This document shows, in pieces, positions 25,480 through 37,399 of a DNA stretch of 64,000 bases (position 1 is the first letter of the stretch; every line of letters starts with the position of its first letter). The notes beneath the pieces were generated by a model. It searched no databases and was not told the DNA's origin. It was given only the letters and a program-made list of their open reading frames with translations. The translations under genes were made by a program, and so were the position numbers. Origin of the DNA: Chiloscyllium plagiosum (lineage: Eukaryota). The stretch covers positions 73,890,696 to 73,954,695 of the forward strand of contig NC_057712.1 of NCBI RefSeq assembly GCF_004010195.1, given 5' to 3'.

Positions 25480-25960
25480 TTACAGCACAAAAACAGGCCA
25501 TTCAGCCCAATAGATCTATACTGGTGCTTATGATAACCATGAGGATGTTCTCACTCTTTATTTTGTTTGTCAGCATATTCTTCTACTCTGTTCTCTGTTG
25601 TGCTTATCTGGATTCATTGTTAATTCTTCTTGCCTCAACTACTTCTCATGGGCTTTATTCCTGATGAAGGGCTTTTGCCCGAAACGTCGATTTTGCCTGT
25701 CCTCGGATGCTGCCTGAATTGCTGTGCTCTTCCAGCACCACTGATCCAGATACTTCTCATGGCAGCATATTCCGCACTGTAAGCATTCACTGGATAAAGA
25801 CCATTCTCCTGAATACCTTGTTGTACTTATTTGGGTCGATCTTATAATTATTCCATTTAGTTCAAATCTTGACTGCAAACCAGAAATATTTCCCTTTTAA
25901 CACTTTAATACTTTTAAAGATCACTATCAGTGCTCTCTTTTCCAGAGAACAGAACCCAAA
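25480..25960 (-). mobile_element. Old CR1 3' end hosting the 25652-25750 insertion
   Basis: CAGCACAAAAACAGGCCATTCAGCCC is a reverse-complement CR1 3' UTR; the degraded body continues across the insertion. Confidence 0.55.
25657..25692 (+). ncRNA. Minimal type-I hammerhead ribozyme motif with intact core (family B)
   Basis: AUUC CUGAUGA A GGGC UUUU GCCC GAAA CGUC GAUU. All core nucleotides present, 4-bp stem II with tetraloop, GUC cleavage triplet, palindromic ACGU stem III. Inside a 99-bp insert flanked by the 12-bp TSD TACTTCTCATGG. Confidence 0.8.
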
Positions 25961-26771
25961 CCTGTTTGATGTAATTTCTTGAAATGGTTTTCTTTTATTC
26001 AAGAATGTAATGATTTACAGCATCAACTGCCGCCAAGGCTCCTGCAAATGAAAGCTGTGTTTAACAAGCTTTGTAAATGGTTCTGAACAGGCTGACAGAT
26101 TTTATTTAGAGTAAATCTGGAATGCAGTTTATGTACACTATCATTTAGGGGTGCCATCTGACCCAAACTAGTATTGTACTAGACTGGCTCATCTAAAACC
26201 TCTAAAATTGGCCTGGACTCTCCAAGAATTGAAGACTAATCTAGAGGGCACTGGCCACTGTTACTGGAAATCAAGCCCCGCTATTTGTTCCTGGCTTCAC
26301 CATGTCCTCACCTGTCCTAGTGCTCCTCCGTAGTGCTACCTCAGTTGATGCAGCATGTCTATTGGAGGTCTGCTGACTTTCAGTGGGGGAGTCTGTCTAT
26401 GACCTTACAAGAAGATCTCCGGCATCTTCAGCCTGGAATCCCCATCTTATATTGTCCAACCAAAGTGTGGCAGCAACAGGTCAGGGTTGAATGTTGTCAA
26501 GCGAGAGCAAAATCACAGATGGAATGTCAATGATGGCAGGATGAAATGCAATCAATCCAAGAAAAGCCAGAAGGTTTGTGCTCCAACGAGGAGCTAGTGT
26601 CTCTCCTACGGTTCTGTATTTAAACAGTCTTATCACAATAAGGATAGGCTGCTGAACTGTAGGCTGACTGCCAAGCTGCTCTGAACTCAAATAGCCAGAG
26701 CTATGATCACTCCTTTTTGAATGACAGTAAGCTGAGCTTCTACTGCAGCCCTGAATGTTCAAGGGGCTTTT

Positions 26772-27088
26772 CATAGAATCCTCACAGTGTGGAACCAGGC
26801 TATTTGAGTCCACACTGACCCTCCAAACAGTATTCCACCCAGACCCACCCAATTCCCGGAACCCTGCATTCCTATGGCTAACCCACCTCACCTGCACATC
26901 CCTGGACACTATTGGCAATGTAGCATGGCCAATCCACTTAACCTGCACATCTTTGGACTGTGGGAGGAAACCGGAGCACCCGCAAGAAAAACATGCAGAG
27001 AATGTGCAAACTCCATACCCAAGGGTGGAATTGAACCTAGGTTCCTGGTGCTGTAGGGCAGCAGTGCTAACCACTGAGCTACCATGCC
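26772..27088 (-). mobile_element. HE1-type SINE, full length
   Basis: A and B boxes, HE1 body and tail. Confidence 0.92.
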
Positions 27089-30000
27089 ACTCCTTTTACA
27101 TATGCTGCAATGGAAGCTTAAATTGAGAGATGAGCATCAGACGCAGAATCAGAAATTGGATAAGAAGTGCACTCATGAACCTGACAACCGTTCACAACTC
27201 AGAGAGGATGCATTCCTAGCTTCTACACAAAGCACTTGCCAAATTGATAATGGACTCCTCTGTGTTCCTTGCCATTGACCATAGTCTTTCCAACAAGCTC
27301 CTTAGTGCAAAACATATTTCACGATACATACCCATCAGTAAACCACCATACAAAGGGGTTGTTCGAGTCATCAACTACAGAGCTCATGTGTGGCATTTCA
27401 GCAAGCTTGCATCTCCACTGTCCATCTGCGCTGGCCACCAGCTACTCATGACCTCTAAGCCACACTCAGTCATTGAACTGATTGCTGTGAGTATAAAAGG
27501 GAACGATGGTTCTGCTTCATCATCACTATCTTTCTGTTCCTCCGCTTCTCGCTGTTTCACCTTGCTTTACCATGTGGTAGTTCTTTGGTAGATGAAAGGA
27601 TAAAGTCTCAAGCCAAGATTTGTGATAAGGGTAAACAGGGAATGTAAGAGTTATGTGTTTACACCACCTGTGGCTTGTAACTCAGAAGAAAGTCCGGAAT
27701 GAGGGGCCAGTGGCATGTGACAATGATGAAGTAGGAACATAGCACCATCTTGTATTATCTCAGCCGGCTTCAGCAATGATTGACTCAATAAAGGCGAGCA
27801 CTAGCTGTTTCCCCTTTCCTGAACTACCCCAGGCATGTGTCATCTTGCCCTTCATGGGAGGGAAGGTGCATCAGTAAATGTAGCTGAGCAGTTGGCAGTG
27901 TATGCGAGCTGTGAGCCGTGCATGTTTAGCTTGCAGCAACATTGATTGTGTGAGGGCGAAGTAGAACATATACCTGATTAACAGAGATTGTTTTGAGATG
28001 AGGCGTGTAATGAATTGAACAATGTCAGATTAATGGCAGAGCTGCTGGGAAGTGACATTTGAAGGTGAATTTACTAACTTTGGCCTGTGATTAAACCTCA
28101 TGAAGTACCATATCCAAATCCTTGGGGCTGCATCACTTGCATTTGCAAAGGTGCTTTCCATTGTCAGTTTAGTTTGGAAGGCTTTCAAAAAAAGATATAT
28201 GTCCTCTTCTCCATCTCCTGCAACATCTCCTATCTCATCCTTGCTATCGTCCCTCTTCTTGCTGGTAAGACTCTTTTTTCCCAAACAACTTCCATTCCTG
28301 GAGCAGCCCTAATGCAGTTCCCCTTTATAAAGTCAGGCTGGCTTTGGGTAAGCAGTGTTAGCCTCACACAACCCTGAATCCTGCGCTGAGATGTCCAGCC
28401 ACTCAACAGCACATTTTTATGTTGAACTGCATGCAGCTGTCATTTTAACAAGAAGGCAGTCCCAAATTTATAAGCTTCCAATATCCGAAGGAATAAGTAC
28501 AGATTAATTGATTTCTATGCCTGTTTTTAGTAATATCAACTTTTTCCCTATATTTTAATGTTGCACCAATGCATCATGTGTGAAATACAGTTTGAAAGTT
28601 CAATACAACACGCACCCGACAGCTCCACTCAGCATATTTTTAATTACAAGTATTATCTCATCAATATTAGATACAGAGATGCCATTGCAGTGCACGAGGG
28701 GTTAATTCAACACAATCCATCGTACAAAGAATTGTTACAATGGCACAAAGTGAAGATATAGTCCAGTAAGAAGCAGAGAATTGATGGAAAATGACTAAAT
28801 CTGGCAGGAATCAACAGACAGTGACAATCAGCGCCCTAAAATAGAAAGAAGATTAAATAGATGAATGTGCTATAAAATCCTTAGCAGCTTGGATTATAGC
28901 TCATCAGGCTGCAAATTGCTCACAGTATTGATCAACCCTACAAATTGACATTCCGAATGCCCATGGTTAAGATTTCTGAAGGCCTGCACAGCATATTATG
29001 GATGAGTAGTCAGCCACTCCAGAGGAGATTGATTTCAATTCACCTGGGACTTTCATCTCACTTACCATCAAAGGCTCTTTGTCCTCATCAAGCAGGCCAA
29101 TCAAATGCCTTCTTCCTGCAGTGCAAGCAGAATGAATGAAGCTCCGAGCAGCAGTTTTCCTGAGAAGACCATGAAAGCTCTATCTTTCTGCATCAAGTAG
29201 CACTAGATTGGAGGGTAACACTCAGTTCTACCTAAGATCTATATTAATTTATTCCCATATTACAGCCTCAACGTTCATGCACCAAGTAACTGAATGGACC
29301 TGTTTGAATCTCCAAGTCTAATAGTTTACAAGGATGCACAAAATCGGAGCCATGTAATTCTATACTGAGTTAGCAATCTGACTACAGTAATAAAAGGAAC
29401 AAAATAGAAACTTCTTTTTGCAAGAAGTGGCAGAAGAAAAATGAAATATTTGAAATCTGAGGCCAACCGATTTGAATCTGAAGAGAAAATCTAATTCTTT
29501 TAACACTGACATGCAGCTTGGGTGTACTTATGTGAACAAATAGTGCAGTTCCAAACCTTCCTCAGTCATCTCCAGTTCAAGACTGACAGCATCACTTCTG
29601 AGCAATTATTCTCATCTTCTCATGACCAAGTGTTACTTTATCATTTTACTGGACAATAGTTTGAGTTAAGCAAATCAAATGACGTGTCCCACAATGTGCT
29701 CTGCCTCTTTTGCTAGTGGCACAAGCAACAAGACCAGTCGCAGGCTGCTTGTAATTATGAGTGACTTGCTTACCTTTCTCTCACCCTTTCTGTTTTTCTG
29801 TCCACCAAGAAAACCAATGCCAGGCTCCAATCTGAGTTAATGTGTTAAAACTGGCTGACTCATAACACCAGAGGGGTAGGATACAGAACTCAATCTGCAG
29901 TGTACCTCTGATTAGGGTGCAAAGGGAAAAATGCATCACAGAATTTCAGATAATGCTATAATCAGACATAAAGCCATTCAGACTTCAATGCTTTATGGAA

Positions 30001-30254
30001 TACAAAGGCAGTCCTTGAACTCAGCAGTTTTAGCCTCTTCTGATGCCTTCAGCATTTGGCTTATTACACAGGCTGCAAGCCTTCTAATCAGCCAGACAAT
30101 GAATTTGCACTTATCGCTGATGTGACATTCTCAATAAGGCAAAAACATTGAGGACTAAAGTTGAGAGTCTCTTAGAATAGGTGCAAGGTTTCTGATTAAC
30201 CCATGGCTGATGAGTGGAATGAAGCAGATTTGTGCTGCTTGCTCATTTCAATAT

Positions 30255-30465
30255 GAGACCAGACATACAAACAGGAGCAGCGGGCCAATCAATCCCTCAA
30301 ACCTGCAGTGCCATTCGGTGAAACCTGACGACCTCACACTCCTGCCTAACCAAAATAATCTCTTTATTTAGCAAGAATCTATCTACCTCTGCCTTAAAAG
30401 GATTCAAAGATTCTGCCTCCATCACATTTTGAAGAAGAGAGTTCCAAAGACTCTCAAATATCTAT
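30255..30465 (-). mobile_element. CR1 3' end, old
   Basis: The minus strand encodes SLWNSL..NVMEAESLN.FKAEVDRFL. Confidence 0.7.
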
Positions 30466-30999
30466 AAAACAAAAACAAGAATTTTAAATCAAAGCATTCT
30501 CAGTCCAAAAGCCGAAGAAGGTCAAAAGACACTTGAGTAATGGACAGATGGGACTTGGTGCGCGTTACAATGCAGGCAGAGTTTTAGACCTGTGACTTGT
30601 TAAGGAGGTCACTGAATCGTCAAGGCTGGAGGTAACAAAAGCATGAAAGATTTGACTAGTGAATGGACTGTAACAGAATCAGAGGTGAACATTAAGTAAA
30701 AAGTGGCCTGTTCAGGAAAACTCAAGTTTAACTTTTGCAGCTATTGTTCAGAGAATTTTAAGAATGTTTGAGGTTTGACATTACTACCAGTTTCTTTGAT
30801 AGAAGAAGAAAGTATTTCTTACCCAATTAAGCTAACTGAGCTCAGACATCCACAGATTGGGGTCATTTGAAATGGCCTCAGTAACACTGGACCAGAGAAG
30901 TTGGAAAACCAGCCCATTGTGACTGTTGATGAATGACCCCTGGTGGAAAGCATTTGTATTTTAACTCAATGTTTGCATACAGTCAACCATAAATTATAT

Positions 31000-32440
31000 T
31001 GCTTCAGTATTTACTGTGGAAAAGGATATGGAAGATATAGACTGTAGGGAAATAGATGGTGACATCTTGCAAAATGTCCAGATTACAGAGGAGGAAGTGC
31101 TGGATGTATTGAAACGGTTAAAGGTGGATAAATCCCCAGGACTTGATCAGGCGTACCCCAGAACTCTGTGGGAAGCTAGAGAAGTGATTGCTGGGCCTCT
31201 TGCTGAGATATTTGTATCATCAATAGTCACAGGTGAGGTGCCNNNNNNNNNNNNNNNNNNNNNNNNNNNNNNNNNNNNNNNNNNNNNNNNNNNNNNNNNN
31301 NNNNNNNNNNNNNNNNNNNNNNNNNNNNNNNNNNNNNNNNNNNNNNNNNNNNNNNNNNNNNNNNNNNNNNNNNNNNNNNNNNNNNNNNNNNNNNNNNNNN
31401 NNNNNNNNNNNNNNNNNNNNNNNNNNNNNNNNNNNNNNNNNNNNNNNNNNNNNNNNNNNNNNNNNNNNNNNNNNNNNNNNNNNNNNNNNNNNNNNNNNNN
31501 NNNNNNNNNNNNNNNNNNNNNNNNNNNNNNNNNNNNNNNNNNNNNNNNNNNNNNNNNNNNNNNNNNNNNNNNNNNNNNNNNNNNNNNNNNNNNNNNNNNN
31601 NNNNNNNNNNNNNNNNNNNNNNNNNNNNNNNNNNNNNNNNNNNNNNNNNNNNNNNNNNNNNNNNNNNNNNNNNNNNNNNNNNNNNNNNNNNNNNNNNNNN
31701 NNNNNNNNNNNNNNNNNNNNNNNNNNNNNNNNNNNNNNNNNNNNNNNNNNNNNNNNNNNNNNNNNNNNNNNNNNNNNNNNNNNNNNNNNNNNNNNNNNNN
31801 NNNNNNNNNNNNNNNNNNNNNNNNNNNNNNNNNNNNNNNNNNNNNNNNNNNNNNNNNNNNNNNNNNNNNNNNNNNNNNNNNNNNNNNNNNNNNNNNNNNN
31901 NNNNNNNNNNNNNNNNNNNNNNNNNNNNNNNNNNNNNNNNNNNNNNNNNNNNNNNNNNNNNNNNNNNNNNNNNNNNNNNNNNNNNNNNNNNNNNNNNNNN
32001 NNNNNNNNNNNNNNNNNNNNNNNNNNNNNNNNNNNNNNNNNNNNNNNAGGCTGAGGGGTGACCTTATAGAGGTTTACAAAATTATGAGGGGCATGGATAG
32101 GATAAATAGACGAAGTCTTTTCCCTGGGGTCAGGGAGTCCAGAACTAGAGGGCATAGGTTTAGGGTGAGAGGGGAAAGATATAAAAGAGACCTAAGAGGC
32201 AACTTTTTCACGCAAAGCGTGGTACTTGTATGGAATGAGCTGCCAGAGGCTGTGGTGGAGGCTGGCACAATTGCAACATTTAAGAAGCATTTGGATGGGT
32301 GTATGAATAGGAAGGGTTTGGAGGGATATGGGCCGGATGCTGGCAGGTGGGACTAGATTGGGTTGGGATATCTGGTCAGCATGGACGGGTTGGACCGAAG
32401 GGTCTGTTTCCATGCTGTACATCTCTATGAGTATGACTCT
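31000..32440 (+). mobile_element. HER1/CR1 LINE spanning an assembly gap
   Basis: LKVDKSPG..YPRTLWEARE before the gap and RLRGDLIEVYKIMRG..RGNFFTQ..WNELP after it. CTCTATGA-type tail. Confidence 0.92.
31243..32047. other. Assembly gap (805 N)
   Basis: Run of N bases. Confidence 1.
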
Positions 32441-33261
32441 ATATTGACATGAGGAATAACAGTGGCAGAAGAAAGATATCTTTTTGTGACTGTGTTTCAT
32501 ACAAATGTCACCTCTAGCATGGAGCACACGGGCATTGTGCTCCACCCAGGATCAAAGGTATCTCTGTGCTGTTCAACTTTCCTCAAACAGCTGTTCTTAG
32601 TGCATCCTGAGATCCACACTCAGTGCCACACATCGCCACATGCGCACTCTTGACCTCTCTCTCTCCATCAGCACTACTTCACGCTGGCTCAGAGCTGTCT
32701 TGCCCTCTAGTTCCACTTTCCTCCTGCTCATTCAACCTTCTATTTTCGTTTCAGGCATTAAAGAACCCAAGATGCAACAACGTAGAGATACCCACATACC
32801 TCTGGTACTCCCTCCCCTCCCCTTCTATCTGCTTCCATCCCCTCTCCTAACCCCACCTTCTGTTATGTATTTACTATGTATTATTTACTAACCCTTGTGA
32901 TCTTTCACTCTCTCATGCTGAACCCAGCAAAGGTCTCAGTTTTATCCCTCTGCGTCCTCACCTTAATGAACATTGGGCTTGACATGACATTACTCTTTTT
33001 CCGTTGCCTTGGCCTCTGTGCCCATTTCTTTGGATATGAGTCCCCTCCCCTTCCCACGGATTCCTTTGCCCACCTCCAACACTTTCCCTCCAACTGGACG
33101 ACTTCCCTCTGCCTTTTCCCTGCACTTGAACTGTTCAGTGAGAACTGTCAACGTGACATTGGTCGCCTCAATTTCTCTGCCCCTTTTACGCATTCCAACC
33201 TATTTCCCTCTAGACTGACTGCACTTCATGCTCTCAGATCCAACCCTGACTTGGTTCCTTC

Positions 33262-33605
33262 AGGTGGCCCAGTGGTTAGCACTGCTACCTCACAGCATCA
33301 GGGACCCAGGTTCGATTAAAGCCTTTGGGGGAATGTCTGGGTAGAGTTTGCATGTTCTCCCCTTGTCTGTGTGGCATTTCTCCGGGTGCTCCGGTTTCTT
33401 GCTACAGTCTAATCATGTGCAGGTTTGATGGATTGGCCATGTTAAATTGCCCATAGTGTCCAGGAAGACGCAGGCTTGGTGGGATAGCCATAGGAGATGC
33501 AGCTTATATGGATAGGATGAGGGTTGGGGTGGGATGCTCCTTGGAGGATTAGTACAGATGCAATGGGCAACATGGCCTCTTTCTGCACTATAGGGATTCT
33601 ATGAT
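33262..33605 (+). mobile_element. HE1-type SINE
   Basis: GGTGGCCCAGTGGTTAGC head, GGTTCGATT B box and GGGATTCTATGAT tail. Confidence 0.9.
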
Positions 33606-33607
33606 CT

Positions 33608-33912
33608 GTGTCGAGAGTGTGGTGCTGGAAAAGCACAGCAGGTCAGGCAGCATCCGAGGAGCAGAGGAATCGATATTTTGAGCAAGAGCCCTTCATCAGG
33701 AATGAGGTTTGTGAGCTGAGAGGGTGGAGAGATAAATGGGAGGGGGGTGGGCCAGCTGAAGGTGACAGGTTGGAGAGGAGGGTGGAGCGGATAGGTGGGA
33801 AGGAAGATGGACAGGTAGGGCAGGTCATGAGGGCGGAGCCGAGTTGGAAGGTTGGAACTGGAGAAGGTTGGGGGAGAGGAAATGAGGAAACTAGTGAAGT
33901 CCACATTGATCC
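33608..33912 (-). mobile_element. Penelope-like element 3' fragment (family B) with degenerate hammerhead at about 33667-33703
   Basis: Minus strand ATTC CTGATGA A GGGC TCTT GCTC AAAA TATC GATT, preceded by a C-rich UTR and the endonuclease-end signature NVDFTSF. Confidence 0.8.
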
Positions 33913-33989
33913 ATGACTTTGTAATTAAGTCTGCTGACAAGGTTAGTACTGTTGTTGTCTGGTGGACTGACCTCTACATTTCAGAGGCA

Positions 33990-35033
33990 AAAAAAACTGT
34001 AGATGCTGGAATCCAAAGTAGGTAAGCAGAAGGCTGGAAGAATCCAGCAAACAAGGAAGCATCAGGAGGTTGGAGAAGTTGACAGTTTGGGTATAACCCC
34101 TCTTCAGGAATGGAGGTGGGAGTAGGGGGAGCTGCAGATAAAGAGGGTGTGGGGAGGGAGGGTTTTGGGTGGGGAGACGGGTGGAGTGGTGAGTTACTGA
34201 TAGGTGAATACAGATGGTGAATACAACCTGGTTGGTTGATGGGAGAAATGAATCCAGTAGGTAGCTGGAAGGATTGGTCGGAGGGATGGATGGGAGGAGG
34301 CGGGGCTGGAAAGGGAGTTGGGGGATGGGAAGGGAGGTTATTTGAAATTGGAGAACTCAATGTTGAGTCCTCCTGGCTGTAGGCTGCCCAGGCGGAAGAT
34401 GAGGTGTTGTTCCTCCAATTTGCGGTCTGATTCACTGTGGCAATGGAGGAGTCCAAGGATGGACATGTCAGAAAGAGGATGGGAAGGGGAATTGAAATGG
34501 GCAGTGACTGGGAGGTTAGGCTGGCCGTTATAGGCCCGGCTGAGATGCTCAGCGAAATTTGCCCTGAGTTTACGTTTGGTCTTACCTATGTAGAGAAGAC
34601 CACATCGGGAGCACTGCATGCAGTAAATAGGTTGGAGGAGAGACAGGTGAATTTCTGTCGTGAGAGTTGGGGGGTTGGGGGGGATTCGTGGGAAGTTTGG
34701 TGCAGACCAAGGAGTGACAAAGGGCACGGTCCCTGCAAAAGGCAGACAAGTGTGGGGAGAGGAAGATGTTCTTGGTGGTGGGGTCTAATTGGAGTTGGCA
34801 GAAGTGTTTGAGGATGATACTTCAGATGTGGAGAGTTGTGGGGTCAAAAGTGAGGACAAGGGGAACCCTGACTTTATTATGTTTGAGTGGGTGAGGGTGG
34901 TCTCGAGCAGTGGGCTAGGGAATGAAGGAAGTGAGGTGGACTGCTGTCTGGATGACAGAGGTGGAGAAAAGCAAGTTGTTTAAAACGGGTAGACATCAGG
35001 GATTCTTAGGAGTGGAACGTCTCCTCGTCCAAG
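33990..35033 (-). mobile_element. Penelope-like element 3' portion with GIY-YIG endonuclease
   Basis: ORF 34338-34727 reads IYCMQCSRCGLLYIGKTKRKLRANFAEHL..VTAHF..RKLEEQHLIFRLGSLQPGGLN. Hammerhead remnant CTGAAGA at about 34078-34112. Confidence 0.9.
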
Positions 35034-35828
35034 CAGAAGCTGAGCACCTCAGATACCTCCTCCTATCTTCCCCCTGGACCATGACCCCACCATTGAACAT
35101 CAGGCTATTGTGTCCACAATGGTCACCAACCTCATTTCATCTGATTCCAGCCCCCCGCAACTGCCTCCAAGCTCAGAGTCTCCTAACCCTGTTCAACTCA
35201 CTTCTACATCCTTCCCAAAATCCACAAACAGGAATTCCCGAGCAGACCCATTGTTTTAGTTCCACAGAACTCATCTCTTCCTACCTCGACTCGATTTTTT
35301 TCTCCCTTGTCTAGTCTCTTCCCACTTATATCTACACTTCCTCTGACGCTTTACATCAGTTTCAAAATTTCCAATTACTGGGCTCCAGCCACCTCCTCTT
35401 TACTATGGAGGTGCAATGCCTTTACACCTCCACTCCCCCATCAGGATGGTCACAGAGCTCTCCACTTCTTCCTGGAACAAAGGCCAGAAACGTCCCCAAC
35501 CACCACCACCCTCCTACACCTGACCGAGTTCATTCCCCACCCTGAACAACTTTTAACCCCTCTCACTTTCTTCAGGTCAAAGGTGTTGGCATGGATAACC
35601 CTTTAGACCTTAGTTTAGCATCATTTCCAAAGGTGCATGCTGCTCCTGGAATATTCTTACATTATTATTCCAATTATATCAGTACAATGAACACCATCGA
35701 GGAGAATGTTTGTAAAGGGAAACTATTGTTTCTGTATTTTATGCTTTCAGATGTTGAACTGAAGCATTCTGGGAGCAGGCATAATGGATTGAATTTCCTC
35801 TCCAACAACAAAATAAACCAAATATTTT

Positions 35829-36133
35829 TTAGATTACTTACAGTGTGGAAACAGGCCCTTCAGCCCAACAAGTCCATACCTACACTCCGAAGAGCAACCC
35901 ACCCTGACCCATTCCCCTACGTTTACCCATTCACCTAACACTAAGGGCAATTTAGCATGGCCAATTCACCTAACCTAACTTAACTGTGGGAGGAAACCGG
36001 AGCACCCGGAGGAAACCCATGCAGACACAGGGAGAACGTGCAAACTCCACACAGAGGGTTGACCGGGTGGGAATTGAACCTGGGTCTCTGGCACTATGAG
36101 GCAACAGTGCTAACCACTGTGCCACCGTGCCGC
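35829..36133 (-). mobile_element. HE1-type SINE, near full length
   Basis: GCGGCACGGTGGCACAGTGGTTAGC head on the minus strand, with body and tail. Confidence 0.92.
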
Positions 36134-36529
36134 AATGGTCTCTCAAGTTCTCTTATTTCATGTTTTTTTGTAGGCTTTCAGAGGAGTTTTATGTCACTGG
36201 CTGGTCTAGCGTTTGTTGCTTAACTCTATTTGAGATAGAGGGGAGTTACCTTCTTTAACTGCTGCAGCCTACGCACAGTATATTAGTGAGGAAATTTCAG
36301 GATTTTGATATGTGTTAAATTAGGGAAATTCAATACCATGACTCTGTTAAACATGAGTACAGAGGCAGGAGGCCATGAAAATTCATAATACCAACCTAGC
36401 AAATACATTAAACTGCCTGATTCCAGGTAGATGGCCTAGTCCCAAACTATCAAGCCAATGTCTGTCAATAAGCCTCAAAGGACCATTCCTCCCTTGCTGA
36501 CTCAGTTCTACCTTTCAAAAGATCATGGA

Positions 36530-37170
36530 ATAAGCATCTCAAACAAGAAAGAACCTGATGTCCTCTGCTTGACCTTCAAAGTCACTATCATTTCCAATGT
36601 CAAATTGATCAAGAGAGCAGTTCAGAAATGGGTTACTCTACAGTGAGTGACTCACTTCCTGTCCCCCAAAAACTGACCACCACTATGAAGAGTGAGTCAA
36701 GAAGATATTTGAATATTTCCTCTTGTTTGGATGGGTTCAGTTGCAATAATGCAGAAGAAATTCAACATCATCCAGGATAAAACAACCTGCTTTTCCTTAT
36801 TCACTAAACAAATATTCATCACTGGCATATCATGGCTGCAGTGTGCATTATTAGTCTACACTGAAGCAACTTACAAAAGCTCCTTCAGCTGCATCTCCAA
36901 ACACCAATCACCTCCAAACACCATTTAGCTCCAAACAGCTATCATTTACAATCACTTGTCGCCGTCAATCTCTTAAATCACAGAATACCCTGACTTAGAA
37001 TTACAGTTTTGGAACTTTCTCATCACTATGTTAAAATTCTGGAGCTCTTTACCAAACAGCATTTTGTGGTCATGTTCACCGCCATAATGAAAGCAAAGGA
37101 AGGCTCGACACTGGGGGCAATAATTTCCTTGCATGCCATCAATTCCCATGTCCTCAGAATGAACAGAATA
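36530..37170 (+). mobile_element. L2-like LINE 3' portion, degraded
   Basis: Colinear with the 52900-53370 and 15240-15617 copies (IQDK motif, CCCATGTCC..GAATGAA tail). Confidence 0.6.
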
Positions 37171-37199
37171 AAATGCAAGTACATGTTTGAGTTCTTTTC

Positions 37200-37380
37200 A
37201 TGTTTAGACCAATACTCTCCCCTGAATTAGTACAACCTGAAAACAGATTAATTGTCATTTTTCTGATTGCGTTTGGTGGAATTTTGTTATGCATATAAGA
37301 GCTTCCACTTTCATTTATGAAATAAAAGCTCATTGCACTGAACAGTTTCTCTGTGGATAAAGTGCTTTAAGACATTTAAT
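37200..37380 (+). mobile_element. Deu-domain SINE fragment
   Basis: AAAACAGATTAATTGTCATT..TTGCGTTTGGTGGAATTTTG resembles the Deu core; weak match to 12940-13210. Confidence 0.45.
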
Positions 37381-37399
37381 TTCTTGTGCATTCTTCAAG

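Larger units (their letters stand above)
32480..35600 (+). mobile_element. Degraded Penelope-like RT, split into three pieces by nested insertions
   Basis: Pieces read LHALRSNPD(L) to 33252, then VIKSADKVSTVVVWWTDLYISEA at 33921-33989 (compare IKPADKG..VVVW..DLY), then SDTSSYLPLDHDPT..FYILPKIHK..ELISSYLDS from about 35035. Confidence 0.8.

Noticed and set aside
26481-27126. Recurrent short ORFs such as MANPPHLHIFGLWEETGAP and WPIHLTCTSLDCGRKPEH as a peptide family
   Set aside because: These are chance translations of HE1 SINE copies.
31016-32356. 446-aa, 311-aa and 273-aa ORFs
   Set aside because: They read through 805 N bases; the real sequence on either side is CR1 ORF2.
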